Below are positions 53,937 through 63,998 of a stretch of 64,000 nt of DNA, piece after piece (within the stretch, counting starts at the first letter, position 1; each line of letters begins with the position of its first letter). The position numbers and the translations under genes are program-made. The notes beneath the pieces are model-generated. The model saw only the letters and a list, made by a program, of their open reading frames with translations. It was not told where the DNA came from and made no database searches. Origin of the DNA: Myxococcales bacterium (GTDB taxonomy: Bacteria > Myxococcota_A > Polyangia > Polyangiales > DASUME01); the NCBI GenBank assembly GCA_047601445.1, contig JASGJH010000001.1, positions 2,336,001 to 2,400,000 on the forward strand, in the 5' to 3' direction.

Positions 53937-54857
53937 TCAATTCTCCGCGAGATATTTTGCAATTCCCCTGGCCATTCCAAGGGCGAGCGCGTCCCGGTAT
54001 GCGGGTGTCGTCAGCGCTCGGGCCTCGTCAGGCTGAGTGATGAAACTGGCCTCGACCAGCACGGACGGCATCTGTGCGCCAACGAGCACATAGAACATGG
54101 CGCTCTTGATGCCGCGGTCGGCGAGCTCCGGGAGCAGACGGCGGCCCTGGGCGAGGGTTTTCTCCTGCACCGCGTGGGCTAGCCGCTCCGAACGTTCGCG
54201 CTGCTCGCGACGCACCAGGGTCCCCACCAGAAACTGCATCGGCGCCACGTCCGTGGTGCGCGTCCCGTTCTCCCGCGCCGCCAGGCGCAGCACGTTGCGA
54301 TCGTTGTTGGTGTCGAGGACGTAGGTCGCGACCCCGCCGCGCTCCACCTCGGTGTTGGCCGCATTCAGATGCACCGACACGAACAGGTCAGCGGCCAGTG
54401 CGTTGGCCATGCCCGCACGCTCTTCCAGGCTCAAGTAGACGTCCGCGTCGCGGGTCAGACGCGTGCGAACGTCGGGCGCGATCTCGTGCAGACTGCGCTG
54501 GAGACGACGCGCCAGATCGAGGGTCAACGGCCCCTCCCAGAGTCCTTCGAGCCCCGGAGACCCCCGGTCATCGCCACCATGGCCCGGGTCGATCAGCACG
54601 AGCGGGCCGCGGGGCTCGGGCATGGCAGCTGGGTCCGCAGCGCCTTGCGCCTCGATCGCGTGGATCAGATTCGTGAGATCGTCGGGCTGGGCGGTCTCGG
54701 TGGGGAGCGCCGGGGATGGGTGTGCCAACGCACGCAAAGTGTCCTGTGCGGCCTGCTGGCGCGAGGTCACGCCGATCCCGTCGTCGTGTGAGCAGGAACT
54801 CAAGGCGCTGCTCACCACACACAGGATTACCAGCTTCGAGAACAGTCTGGGTCTCAC
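53937..54857 (-). CDS. N-acetylmuramoyl-L-alanine amidase (Amidase_3), probable lipoprotein
   Basis: IDPGHGG, LTRDAD.YLSLEER, FVSVHLNA, FYVL.GAQMPSVLVE; LSSC lipobox. Confidence 0.9.
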   Translation of the reverse strand: MRPRLFSKLVILCVVSSALSSCSHDDGIGVTSRQQAAQDTLRALAHPSPALPTETAQPDDLTNLIHAIEAQGAADPAAMPEPRGPLVLIDPGHGGDDRGSPGLEGLWEGPLTLDLARRLQRSLHEIAPDVRTRLTRDADVYLSLEERAGMANALAADLFVSVHLNAANTEVERGGVATYVLDTNNDRNVLRLAARENGTRTTDVAPMQFLVGTLVRREQRERSERLAHAVQEKTLAQGRRLLPELADRGIKSAMFYVLVGAQMPSVLVEASFITQPDEARALTTPAYRDALALGMARGIAKYLAEN

Positions 54858-55008
54858 AATTCGCGTGTCTTGGCTTTTGCAACGACCGCGCGAAAGAGTC
54901 CACAAACCGAGGGCCGACGAGTCTGTGGCTAGGGCGTTCCGGCGATGTTAGTTTCAGAGTTGACGCGCGTGCCCCACACGCGTGAGAAGGCCGCTGGAGC
55001 CGCCCCCG

Positions 55009-56025
55009 ATGAACGAACTCGACAACGACGCATGGCCCCAGGACCAGGTGCCTCCGCAGGCCGATGGCTCGGCGCTCGACGATCAAGCCGCGCTGGCCTT
55101 CGAGATCGCCGCCATGCGCGTGCGTGCCAGCTGGGACGATCTCGACGCGCCGGGTGAGGCTTCCCCCGCCCCCGCGCCGAGCCCAGCGCCTGGCCCTGCA
55201 AACCTCGACCCCTTCGCGCCCATGGCGCCCCCTGCCGCGGCCATCGATCCTTTCGCGCCGCTTCCGGTCGCCTCCGCCACGCCCAGTCAGGCGCCGGCGG
55301 CCCCGGCACCCGTCCAGCCCCCCGCTGCGCATCCGGCGTCCAGCGGCGCCCTGGGTCCGAGCGAGAACGCGGCCATCGACACCGCGCCCATGGTGTTCCT
55401 GCAGGCCACGCCCGCCGCTCGGTCCCAGAGCTTCGACGATCCCGCCCCCACCTTCTTGCCCAAGAACCGCCTCAACGGCACCACCCTGGCGGGCGTCGCA
55501 GTCGCGGTGGCCCTGGTGGGTGCCCTCTGGCTGTTCGGCGGGAGCGACTCCAAGGAGACCGCCGAAGAGCCCGCGCCGAGCACGCCCGCGGCCCTCAACG
55601 CGCCGGCGCGGGTCGAAGCCCCTGCCTCGCCCTCGGGTGCAGTCGCTTCGGTGCGACCAACCGAAGCTCTGGCGGCCAAGACCGAGCCCGCGCAGCCCAG
55701 CACCCCGTCAGCCCTGCCGGCCGAGGTAGCGGCCAGCGTGGAGCGGCCGCTCGCCGCGTCGCCCACGCCCAGCGCCCTGCCCCGTCCCGTAGTGGAGCCG
55801 ATCGCGCCCAAGGTGGAACCCGAGCACGCGAAGGTCGCCGAGTCGCGGCGATCCAAGCGCACGCCGGCGCCAGCCGCACAGCCGCGCCCGCAACGCCACG
55901 AAAGCACGGCCAGCGCGCGGCCTTCCAAGCGCAAGGCCAGCGAGCCCACGCGCGCAGCGTCGCCGCGTGAAGCCGAGGCGGCAAAGCGCAAGGGCACGGG
56001 CTTCGTGAGCGCCAATCCGTACTGA
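55009..56025 (+). CDS. Pro/Ala-rich single-TM hypothetical protein ending in NPY
   Basis: One TM (LAGVAVAVALVGALWLFGG) between low-complexity regions; C-terminus GFVSANPY. Confidence 0.7.
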   Translation: MNELDNDAWPQDQVPPQADGSALDDQAALAFEIAAMRVRASWDDLDAPGEASPAPAPSPAPGPANLDPFAPMAPPAAAIDPFAPLPVASATPSQAPAAPAPVQPPAAHPASSGALGPSENAAIDTAPMVFLQATPAARSQSFDDPAPTFLPKNRLNGTTLAGVAVAVALVGALWLFGGSDSKETAEEPAPSTPAALNAPARVEAPASPSGAVASVRPTEALAAKTEPAQPSTPSALPAEVAASVERPLAASPTPSALPRPVVEPIAPKVEPEHAKVAESRRSKRTPAPAAQPRPQRHESTASARPSKRKASEPTRAASPREAEAAKRKGTGFVSANPY

Positions 56026-56089
56026 CGCTCACGCCAGTTTGATAGAAGCGCCTACTGGGCGACGCGCACCAAGAACGACCCGTGCGCGT

Positions 56090-56118
56090 TTGACGGGTTC
56101 GAGACCGCGGCATACGGT
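56090..56118 (+). promoter_or_regulatory. Putative leaderless sigma-70 promoter of purM
   Basis: TTGACG-17-TACGGT-7 nt-ATG(56126); no SD. Confidence 0.65.
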
Positions 56119-56125
56119 GCGCGCG

Positions 56126-57163
56126 ATGAGCAGTGGCCTTTCCTACCGTGATGCGGGCGTAGACATCGACGCGGGCGACGAACTCGTACGTCGCATCAAA
56201 CCTTTGGCCGAGCGGACGCGGATCCCCGAGCAGCTCGGGGGCATCGGCGGCTTCGCCGGTCTGTGCGGTCTGCCACTCGGCATGAAGGAGCCCGTCTTGG
56301 TCTCCGGCACCGACGGAGTGGGCACCAAGCTCAAGGTCGCGTTCCTGACCAATCGCCACCACACGGTCGGCATCGATTTGGTCGCCATGTGCGTCAACGA
56401 CGTCGCCACCACGGGCGCCCGTCCCCTGTTCTTTTTGGACTACTTCGCCACGGGCAAGCTCGAGGTCGATCAGGCGGCCAAGGTCATCGAAGGCATCGCC
56501 GAGGGCTGCAGCCAGGCCGGCTGCTCGCTGCTAGGCGGAGAGACCGCCGAGCTGCCGGGCTTCTACGGCGGCGGCGAATACGACCTGGCCGGCTTCGCCG
56601 TGGGAGTGGTGGAGAAGAGTGCCATCATCGACGGCAAGAAGGTGGCGCCCGGCGACGTGGTGCTCGGCGTGTCCTCCTCGGGTCTGCACTCGAACGGCTA
56701 CTCGCTCGCGCGCAAGGCACTACTCGAGCGCGCCAATCTGTCTCTCGAGGCCGTGCACCCGGCGCTCGGCGAGCCGCTGGTCGACGCGCTGATGCGCCCT
56801 ACGCGCATCTACGTGAAGTCCATCCTGGCTGCCATCGCAGCCGGTGAGATCCACTCGCTCTGTCACGTCACCGGCGGTGGATTGCCCGAGAACCTGCCCC
56901 GCGTGCTGCCTGCGAACGTGGCCCTGGAGCTCGACACTTCGAGCTGGAAGCGTCCGCCCATCTTCGATCTCATCCAGCGCTCCGCCAACGTCGAGGAGAG
57001 CGAGATGTACCGCACCTTCAACATGGGCCTCGGCCTGGTGATGTGCGTGGCCGAGCGCGATGCCGACGCCGTGCAGCGCAGCCTCGAAGCCTCGGGCGAG
57101 GTGGTGCAGCGGGTCGGTCGCGCGATCAACTACACGGGTGGCCCCCGTGTGATCTTGAAGTGA
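56126..57163 (+). CDS. purM: Phosphoribosylformylglycinamidine cyclo-ligase
   Basis: YRDAGVDIDAG, SGTDGVGTKL, GIDLVAMCVND, GGETAE, SSGLHSNGYSL, TFNMG. Confidence 0.97.
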   Translation: MSSGLSYRDAGVDIDAGDELVRRIKPLAERTRIPEQLGGIGGFAGLCGLPLGMKEPVLVSGTDGVGTKLKVAFLTNRHHTVGIDLVAMCVNDVATTGARPLFFLDYFATGKLEVDQAAKVIEGIAEGCSQAGCSLLGGETAELPGFYGGGEYDLAGFAVGVVEKSAIIDGKKVAPGDVVLGVSSSGLHSNGYSLARKALLERANLSLEAVHPALGEPLVDALMRPTRIYVKSILAAIAAGEIHSLCHVTGGGLPENLPRVLPANVALELDTSSWKRPPIFDLIQRSANVEESEMYRTFNMGLGLVMCVAERDADAVQRSLEASGEVVQRVGRAINYTGGPRVILK

Positions 57164-57828
57164 TGACCGCGCGCCTCTCGCTCGTCGTGCTGGTCTCGGG
57201 GCGTGGATCGAACCTGCGGGCACTGCAGTCCGCCATCGAGCAAGGCAGCTGCGCGGCCGAGATCCGCTGCGTCCTCTCCGATCGAGCGAGCGCGCCGGCC
57301 CTCGAGTACGCCGCCGAGCGCGGCATCGCCACGAAAGTCGTGTCGCCTCAGGCCTTCACCGACCGCGCGGCCTGGGACGCAGCGCTCGCCGAGAGCACCA
57401 GCGAGTGCACGCCGGGTCTCGTCGTCTTGGCGGGCTTCATGCGCCTGCTGGGCCCGAGCATGTTGGCGCATTTCCCGGGGCGCATCGTCAACGTCCACCC
57501 TGCCCTGTTGCCCGCTTTCCCGGGCAAAGACGGGCCAGCTCAGGCGGTCGCCGCCAAGGTGGCGCTGAGCGGCTGCACCGTGCACGTGGTCGACGCCGGG
57601 GTCGACACGGGCCCCATCCTCGCGCAGGCCGCGGTGCCGGTCCTGCGCGGTGACGACGCGGCGAGTCTGCACGCCCGGATTCAAGTCGCCGAACATCAGC
57701 TCCTGCCTCGGGTCGTCCATGCGGTCGCGCGCGGCCACTACGAGCTCGGCCCCGTACCGCGCTACGTGGGTCCCGAGCGCGACGAACCCGGTCTCCCCCT
57801 GTACGCGTGGCCGTCACTCGAGGGATGA
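57163..57828 (+). CDS. purN: Phosphoribosylglycinamide formyltransferase
   Basis: SGRGSNL, LAGFMRLL, NVHPALLPAFPG, GCTVH.VD.GVDTGPI; TGATG coupling. Confidence 0.96.
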   Translation: MTARLSLVVLVSGRGSNLRALQSAIEQGSCAAEIRCVLSDRASAPALEYAAERGIATKVVSPQAFTDRAAWDAALAESTSECTPGLVVLAGFMRLLGPSMLAHFPGRIVNVHPALLPAFPGKDGPAQAVAAKVALSGCTVHVVDAGVDTGPILAQAAVPVLRGDDAASLHARIQVAEHQLLPRVVHAVARGHYELGPVPRYVGPERDEPGLPLYAWPSLEG

Positions 57829-57832
57829 ACGG

Positions 57833-59365
57833 GTGCCGGCCAAGAACTTCTACGACGCGGTGCTGGTCGGCCTGAACCTGCCCATCCTGCTCGCGGGCGG
57901 GTTGCTCGCCAAGCGCGGCTTCCGCGTACTCGTGGTCGGACACGGGCAGCCCTTGCCAAGCTATGAAGTCGCCGGGGTCCGCATGCCGCGCAGCCCCTTC
58001 ACGCTCACCGCTGCCGACTCTCCCGCGGTCGCGCGCGTGCTGTCCGAGTTGGCCCTCAAGCAGCTGGTCCAGCGCAAGATCCGCCCCCTTTCGCCGGCCT
58101 TCCAGGCGGTGTTCCCACGCCATCGACTCGACTTCCATGCCGACCCCGAACGCGTCAGCCGCGAGGTCGAGCGCGAGTTCCCGGCCGTCCGCCGCACCGC
58201 TGACGACTTCATGCGCGGCACGCAGCGCGCCTGGGAAGGCATCAATCAGCTGGTGGCGCGCGATCTCACCTGGCCGCCCAGCGGCTTTTTCGAGCGCCGC
58301 GAGTTCACGCGCGCGTCGGTGAACCACCCGTTCGGTCGCGAGGAGCTCGGCCCCGTCCCGCTCGGCGAGCTCGCTGACGACCATCCCTTTCGCAAGCTCG
58401 CCAACGCGGTGGTGCGCTTTGCCGACGGCAGCGCGCTCGGAGAGCAACACGCCGAGCGCATGCTGCGCTTGTTCGGCGGCTGGCTGCGTGGTGCGGAGCT
58501 CATGGACGGCGGCGACGGCGCACTGTTCGAGCTGCTGATCGACAGCATCCGCGCCCACAACGGCGAGGTGCGCCTGGGCGATCGCGTGGAGCGCATCGTG
58601 GTCAAGCGACGCGCGGTGGAGAGCGTGCGCTTGTCCCCCAGCGACGAGGACGTCGGCTGCCACTTCGTGCTCAGCGGCGTGCCCGTTTCCCGCCTCGGCA
58701 GATTGCTCTCGGATCGCACCGAGCTCGACTCCTTGCTCGACGAACTCGGCCAGCCGCGTCCCCAGTTCTTCCGCTACACGCTGAACCTGCTGGTGGCGGC
58801 CAACGCGCTCCCCGAAGGCATGGCACGCAACGTGTTCCTGCTCGACGGCGAACACACGCTGGCCAAGGAGCACGCCCTGCGCGTGGAGTCCGACCGCCTG
58901 CCCGACGGCAAGCGCGCCCTGATCACGGTGGAGGCCCTGCTCCCTGCGGTGTCTCCCGAGGCCCAAGCCCAGGAGCTCACCGGCCTGCGCGAGCGCCTGC
59001 TCGGCGCCCTCGACATGCTGTCGCCCTTCATTCGCGCGCACCTCGAGCTGGTGGACTCGCCGCACGATGGCCGCGGTATCTTCCACGCCCAACAGGGCAC
59101 CTACGAAACGCCGAGCGACCACTGGACACGGGGCCCGGAGACCATGCCTGTCGTGTACGCCTTTCCGCGCACCCGCATACACGGGACTTGCGCGCTGCCG
59201 GTGCGGACCCCCATCAAACGCCTGCTTTTGTGCAATGAACAGGTGGTCCCCGGGCTCGCGCTCGAGGGATCGTTCCTCGCCGCCTGGTCCGCGGCGCGCA
59301 CCGTGACCCGCTCCTTGAACCGCGACTGGATGAACCGAGGTCGTTGGACGAAGGTGGACCTCTAA
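57833..59365 (+). CDS. Phytoene-desaturase-like FAD oxidoreductase homologue with degenerate dinucleotide-binding motif
   Basis: YDAVLVG...LLAKRGFRVLVV N-terminus and TPIKRLLLC..V.PG C-terminus fit the fold, but GxGxxG is lost. Confidence 0.7.
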   Translation: MPAKNFYDAVLVGLNLPILLAGGLLAKRGFRVLVVGHGQPLPSYEVAGVRMPRSPFTLTAADSPAVARVLSELALKQLVQRKIRPLSPAFQAVFPRHRLDFHADPERVSREVEREFPAVRRTADDFMRGTQRAWEGINQLVARDLTWPPSGFFERREFTRASVNHPFGREELGPVPLGELADDHPFRKLANAVVRFADGSALGEQHAERMLRLFGGWLRGAELMDGGDGALFELLIDSIRAHNGEVRLGDRVERIVVKRRAVESVRLSPSDEDVGCHFVLSGVPVSRLGRLLSDRTELDSLLDELGQPRPQFFRYTLNLLVAANALPEGMARNVFLLDGEHTLAKEHALRVESDRLPDGKRALITVEALLPAVSPEAQAQELTGLRERLLGALDMLSPFIRAHLELVDSPHDGRGIFHAQQGTYETPSDHWTRGPETMPVVYAFPRTRIHGTCALPVRTPIKRLLLCNEQVVPGLALEGSFLAAWSAARTVTRSLNRDWMNRGRWTKVDL

Positions 59366-59464
59366 GCTTTCCGGCGTGTGTCGAGCGGGCGCTTACGCAC
59401 GCTTCAAGCGCCCAAATTCAGTGAAATCTTCTGCTCGTGCTCCGGTCGGGTTAGCCTCGAGATC

Positions 59465-60628
59465 ATGCAACCCACCGGCGAAGCGCCACGCATCGGCCTC
59501 CACCAGCTACTCCGTGTGATGGCAGACAAGGGCGCCTCCGACCTGCACATCACCGCCAACTCGCCCCCTCAGCTACGCATCGACGGCTTCTTGGTGCCGC
59601 TCAAGGTGCCCCCACTCACGCCGGTAGAGACCAAGCAGCTCTGCTACTCGGTCCTCACCGAAGAGCAAAAAGTCGCCTTCGAGAAGCGCAACGAGCTCGA
59701 CCTCTCGTTCGGCGTGAAGAACCTCGCGCGCTTCCGCGCCAACATCTTCATGCAGCGCGGCGCGGTCGCCGGGTCCTTCCGCGCCATTCCCTTCCGCGTG
59801 CTCACCTTCGACGAGCTCGGATTGCCGCCCGTGATCGCCGACATCACGAACCTGGAGCGCGGCTTGGTACTCGTCACCGGCCCCACCGGGTCAGGCAAGT
59901 CCACCACCCTGGCGGCCATGATCGACAAGCTGAACACCGAGACGCGTCAGCACATCATGACCATCGAGGATCCCATCGAGTTCCTGCACCCGCACAAGCA
60001 GTGCCTCGTCAATCAGCGCGAGGTCCACGCCGACACGCACTCGTTCAAGGACGCGCTCAAGTCCGTGCTGCGCCAGGATCCCGACATCGTGCTCATCGGC
60101 GAGATGCGCGACCTCGAGACCATCGAGGCCGCCATGACCATCGCAGAGACGGGACACTTGGTGTTCGCGACTCTGCACACCAACACCGCTGTCGGCTCCA
60201 TCAACCGCATCATCGATGTGTTCCCACCGCACCAGCAGTCGCAGATCCGCGCCCAGCTCTCGTTCACGCTGCAGGCGGTCGTCACGCAGACACTGGTGCC
60301 CCGGGCCGACGGCCCTGGACGCGTGATGGTGCAGGAGGTCATGGTGCCCAACTCGGCCATCCGAAACCTCATCCGCGAGGACAAGGTGCACCAGATTTAC
60401 TCGATCATGCAGACCGGCCAGGGCGTCACCGGGATGCAGACCATGAACCAGGCGCTGGCCGCTGCCTACATGAAACGACAGATCAGCCGCGAGGATGCCA
60501 CGGCGCGTTCGCCCGATCCCAACGAGTTGAACAGCATGCTGGATGGGCGCTCCGGTGCGGGCGGGACACGGATGAGTACCATGGGAGGCTTGCCGAAAGT
60601 CGGACCGCGTGGGGACGGATCGCCATGA
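59465..60628 (+). CDS. pilT: Type IV pilus retraction ATPase
   Basis: ASDLHIT, GLVLVTGPTGSGKSTT, TIEDPIE, LRQDPD, AETGHLVFATLHTN, AIRNLIRE, GMQTM. Confidence 0.96.
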   Translation: MQPTGEAPRIGLHQLLRVMADKGASDLHITANSPPQLRIDGFLVPLKVPPLTPVETKQLCYSVLTEEQKVAFEKRNELDLSFGVKNLARFRANIFMQRGAVAGSFRAIPFRVLTFDELGLPPVIADITNLERGLVLVTGPTGSGKSTTLAAMIDKLNTETRQHIMTIEDPIEFLHPHKQCLVNQREVHADTHSFKDALKSVLRQDPDIVLIGEMRDLETIEAAMTIAETGHLVFATLHTNTAVGSINRIIDVFPPHQQSQIRAQLSFTLQAVVTQTLVPRADGPGRVMVQEVMVPNSAIRNLIREDKVHQIYSIMQTGQGVTGMQTMNQALAAAYMKRQISREDATARSPDPNELNSMLDGRSGAGGTRMSTMGGLPKVGPRGDGSP

Positions 60629-60629
60629 A

Positions 60630-60659
60630 TTGCGGGAACGCTTGCCCCTCTGGTAGCAT
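60630..60659 (+). promoter_or_regulatory. Possible internal promoter for pilC
   Basis: TTGCGG-18-TAGCAT with TG extension. Confidence 0.35.
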
Positions 60660-60728
60660 CGATTTTCATACGGGGTGAGCAGTCCCAGCGCGCGCTGACG
60701 CGTGCGCGAACACAGCAGGGCGGGCGAC

Positions 60729-61949
60729 ATGGCGGAGTGGGTCTGGGAAGCGCGCGCCCGGACGGGTGAGACCAAAAAGGGCGTGATGGAGGCCGAGTCC
60801 GCCGAGAGCGTTCAGGGCCGTCTGCGCGCCCAGAACCTCAACCCCGTCAAGGTCAAGAAGAAGCCCAAAGAGATCAACATCAAGCTCCCCGACTTCCTTC
60901 AGCCCAAGGTGAAGGAAAAGGAGCTGGTGATCTTCATCCGCCAGTTCGCCACGATGATCGACGCCGGTCTCCCGCTCGTGCAGTGTCTCGAGATCCTGTC
61001 GGCGCAGGGCGAGAACCCTCAGTTCAACAACGTGCTCAAGGACGTGAAGGGACACGTCGAGCAGGGCGCCACGTTCTCGGACGCGCTGTCCAAGCACCCC
61101 AAGGTCTTCGACGAGCTCTTCTGCAGCCTGATTCGCGCCGGTGAGATGGGCGGTATCCTCGATACCATCCTCAACCGCCTCGCGGTCTACATCGAGAAGA
61201 ACGTCAAGCTCAAGCGCCAGGTCAAGGGCGCCCTCACGTACCCCCTCTCCACTTTCGCCATCGCTCTCGGCGTGTGCGCGCTGCTGCTCGGCTACGTGGT
61301 GCCCACCTTCGAGGCGATGTTCAAGGACTTCGGCGGCGAGCTGCCAGCCATGACGGCCTTCGTGATCTCCATCTCGAACGGCTTCCTGTCGGCGGCGCCG
61401 ATGATTGCGGCGGTACTCGGCGGCTTCCTCTACCTGTGCAGCTACACCTACAAGGATCCGCGCACCAAGCCGTACTGGCACAAGTTCATGCTCAGCGTGC
61501 CGATCCTGGGCCCCGTCATGCGCAAGATCGCCGTCGCGCGCTTCACGCGCACGCTGGGCACGTTGCTCGCGTCGGGCGTGCCCATCCTGGACGCCCTCGA
61601 GGTGGTTGCGACCTCGGCCGGCAACGTCATCGTCGAGCGCGCCATTCGCTTCTCCGCCGACAAGATCCGCGAGGGTCGCACGATGGCCGAGCCGCTGGCG
61701 GAAACAGGCGTCTTCCCGCCCATGGTGGTGCAGATGATCGCGGTCGGTGAGCAGACCGGTGCACTCGACCAGATGCTCAACAAGATCGCTGATTTCTACG
61801 AAGAGGAAGTCGACGTCGCGGTGGCCGCCATGACCTCGCTGCTCGAGCCGCTGATGATGGTGGTGGTGGGCGGCATGGTCGGCTTCCTGCTGATCGCCAT
61901 GTACATGCCCATCTTCGACATCGCCGGCAAAGTCTCGGAGCAACACTAA
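60729..61949 (+). CDS. pilC: Type IV pilus inner-membrane platform protein
   Basis: RQFATMIDAGLPL, AGEMGGILD, ARFTRTLGTLLASGVPIL, GEQTGALD, EP, AMYMPIF. Confidence 0.95.
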   Translation: MAEWVWEARARTGETKKGVMEAESAESVQGRLRAQNLNPVKVKKKPKEINIKLPDFLQPKVKEKELVIFIRQFATMIDAGLPLVQCLEILSAQGENPQFNNVLKDVKGHVEQGATFSDALSKHPKVFDELFCSLIRAGEMGGILDTILNRLAVYIEKNVKLKRQVKGALTYPLSTFAIALGVCALLLGYVVPTFEAMFKDFGGELPAMTAFVISISNGFLSAAPMIAAVLGGFLYLCSYTYKDPRTKPYWHKFMLSVPILGPVMRKIAVARFTRTLGTLLASGVPILDALEVVATSAGNVIVERAIRFSADKIREGRTMAEPLAETGVFPPMVVQMIAVGEQTGALDQMLNKIADFYEEEVDVAVAAMTSLLEPLMMVVVGGMVGFLLIAMYMPIFDIAGKVSEQH

Positions 61950-61960
61950 GCCACGCCGTC

Positions 61961-63635
61961 GTGATCACCAGCCTCTCGCCCACCGCAGAGACCCAAACCG
62001 CGAGCGACGAGCGCGAGCTCAAGCGGCGCCTCTCGTGGCTGATGGGGGGGCGTCTGGTCGTCGCGACGTTGCTCCTGGGCGGCACCATGTTGCTCGCCAT
62101 CGGCGAGGAGCGCGGGGCATCGGCGTTCACGCCACGTTTCCTGCTCGCGCTGATCTTGGCCACCTACTGGGCCTCGCTCGGTTTTGCCCTGTGGCTCAAG
62201 CGCGCTCGTAACCTGGCGCGCTTCGCGGCCGTGCAAATCGCCTGGGATCTCGGCCTCGCCACGGGCCTGGTCTACGTGGCAGGCGGCGCCGCCAGCGGCT
62301 TCACGTTCCTTTACGGCGCCACCGTGCTCGCGGCGGCCCTGGTGGTAGGCCAGCGCAGCGCGCAGATGGCCACCGTGGCCGCGCTCTGCCTCTATCTCTC
62401 GGTGGGGTTCGGCCTGAGCAATGGCCTGCTGCCCTTCCCCGCAGACCAACCGGCAGCCCGCTACTTGCTCAAGCCCGCCGACGTCACCTTCACCATGGTG
62501 GTCAACATCCTCGGCCTATTGTTGGTGGCGTTCCTGGCCACCAACCTGGCCGGCCGCCTCCATCAAGCTGGCGGTCGCCTGCGCGAGACGGCCGCACATG
62601 CGGCCTCCTTGGCCCGCTTGAACGAGGACATCATCCGCTCCATGGCGAGTGGCCTGTTGACCACCGACGCCGCGCAGCGCGTGCGCACGATCAACCCCGC
62701 CGGACTCGAAATCTTTCGCGGCGAACGGGAGCAGATGCTCGGGCTGCCGGTATCCAGGTTCTTCCGCCAGTACGGGGCCGACGAGGCCGAAGCGCTCCGC
62801 GTGGAGTGCCTCGGCGAACGCCCTGACGGCTCGAGCTTCCCGATGGGCTTCTCCCGCACGCAGCTGCTCAGCGCCACCGGCGAGTCGACAGGCGAACTCT
62901 TCCTGTTTCAAGACCTCACCGAGCTCAAGGAGCTCAAGCGTGCCGCCGAGCGAGCCGAGCGTCTGGCGGCCCTGGGTCGCCTGGCGGCCGCCCTCGCCCA
63001 CGAGATCAGGAACCCGCTCGGTTCCATCTCGGGCTCCGTGCAGCTCGTGCGCGAGGCCGATGGACTCGACCAGGAGGACAAGCGCTTGCTCGGCATCGTG
63101 CTGCGCGAGGTCGATCGCTTGAACGGCCTGGTGAACACGATGCTCCAGGTGGGACGCCCCGCCTCCCCCACCCGCATGCGAACCGATCTCGTGGCCCTCA
63201 CGCGCGAGGTCACCGAGGTCGCTCGACGCGACCAGAAGAGCGCCGACACCCGCATCGAGGTGCAGCACGGAAGCCAGGACGTACAAGCGTGGATCGACGG
63301 CGATCAGATTCGTCAGGTGATCTGGAACCTGCTGAGCAACGCGCTCGCCCACGCCCCCCGCGGCAGCACCGTCAAAATCGAGATCTCCGCCCACGATGGC
63401 AGCGCCTATTGGAGCGTCGAGGATGAAGGGCCAGGCGTGCCCGAAGAGGCGCGCGGCCACCTGTTCGACATGTTCTACTCGAAGCGCCCCCACGGCGTGG
63501 GCTTGGGCCTGGCCCTGGTGGATCGAGATCGTACGCGCCCATGACGGCGAGGTCAGCGTGGTGAGCCCGCCCGGACGCGGCGCCAAGTTTCGCGTGCGCT
63601 TGCCCGACGCGAGCGCCGTGACCGTCAGCGCCTAG
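61961..63635 (+). CDS. pilS: PilS-type sensor histidine kinase; split by a +1 frameshift at ~63520
   Basis: Multi-TM N-terminus, PAS, AHEIRNPL, NLLSNA, DEGPG, GVGLGLA; removing one G at 63520-63521 restores LVIEIVRAHDGEVSV..GAKFRVRLP (~557 aa); follows pilC. Confidence 0.85.
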
Positions 63636-63662
63636 GGGGTGGACGCCCCGTAGCGCGGGCGC

Positions 63663-63998
63663 TCAATAGCGGGGCACCCAATTCTCGGCCTGATACCAGC
63701 GCAACACGCCGTCCCATCCCTCGGCAAAGCGTGCATGGCGCGGCGCAAATCCCAGCGCTCGCAGGCGCGACGTGTCGATGACCAGGTCGTCCCCCAGCAG
63801 GGTCACGGCTTCCCGATCGAGGCGTGGACGCAAGGCGGGCTTGAGCTGATGTCGCACCGTGACGGCGCGCCACAAGGCGAGCACCGAGGTGTCGAACGCC
63901 CGCAGCACGCCCGGCGTGCCCACGATGGTCTGCGCCAGAGGCAGCACTGCTCCGGGGATCTTGCCCCCAGGCAGACTGCGCAATCCGTAAGCGTCGAA
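63663..63998 (-). CDS. NAD-dependent epimerase/dehydratase family protein, C-terminal part (5' end outside window)
   Basis: DTSRLRALGFAP..FAEG...RWY C-terminal pattern; frame open to window edge. Confidence 0.65.
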   Translation of the reverse strand, partial: FDAYGLRSLPGGKIPGAVLPLAQTIVGTPGVLRAFDTSVLALWRAVTVRHQLKPALRPRLDREAVTLLGDDLVIDTSRLRALGFAPRHARFAEGWDGVLRWYQAENWVPRY

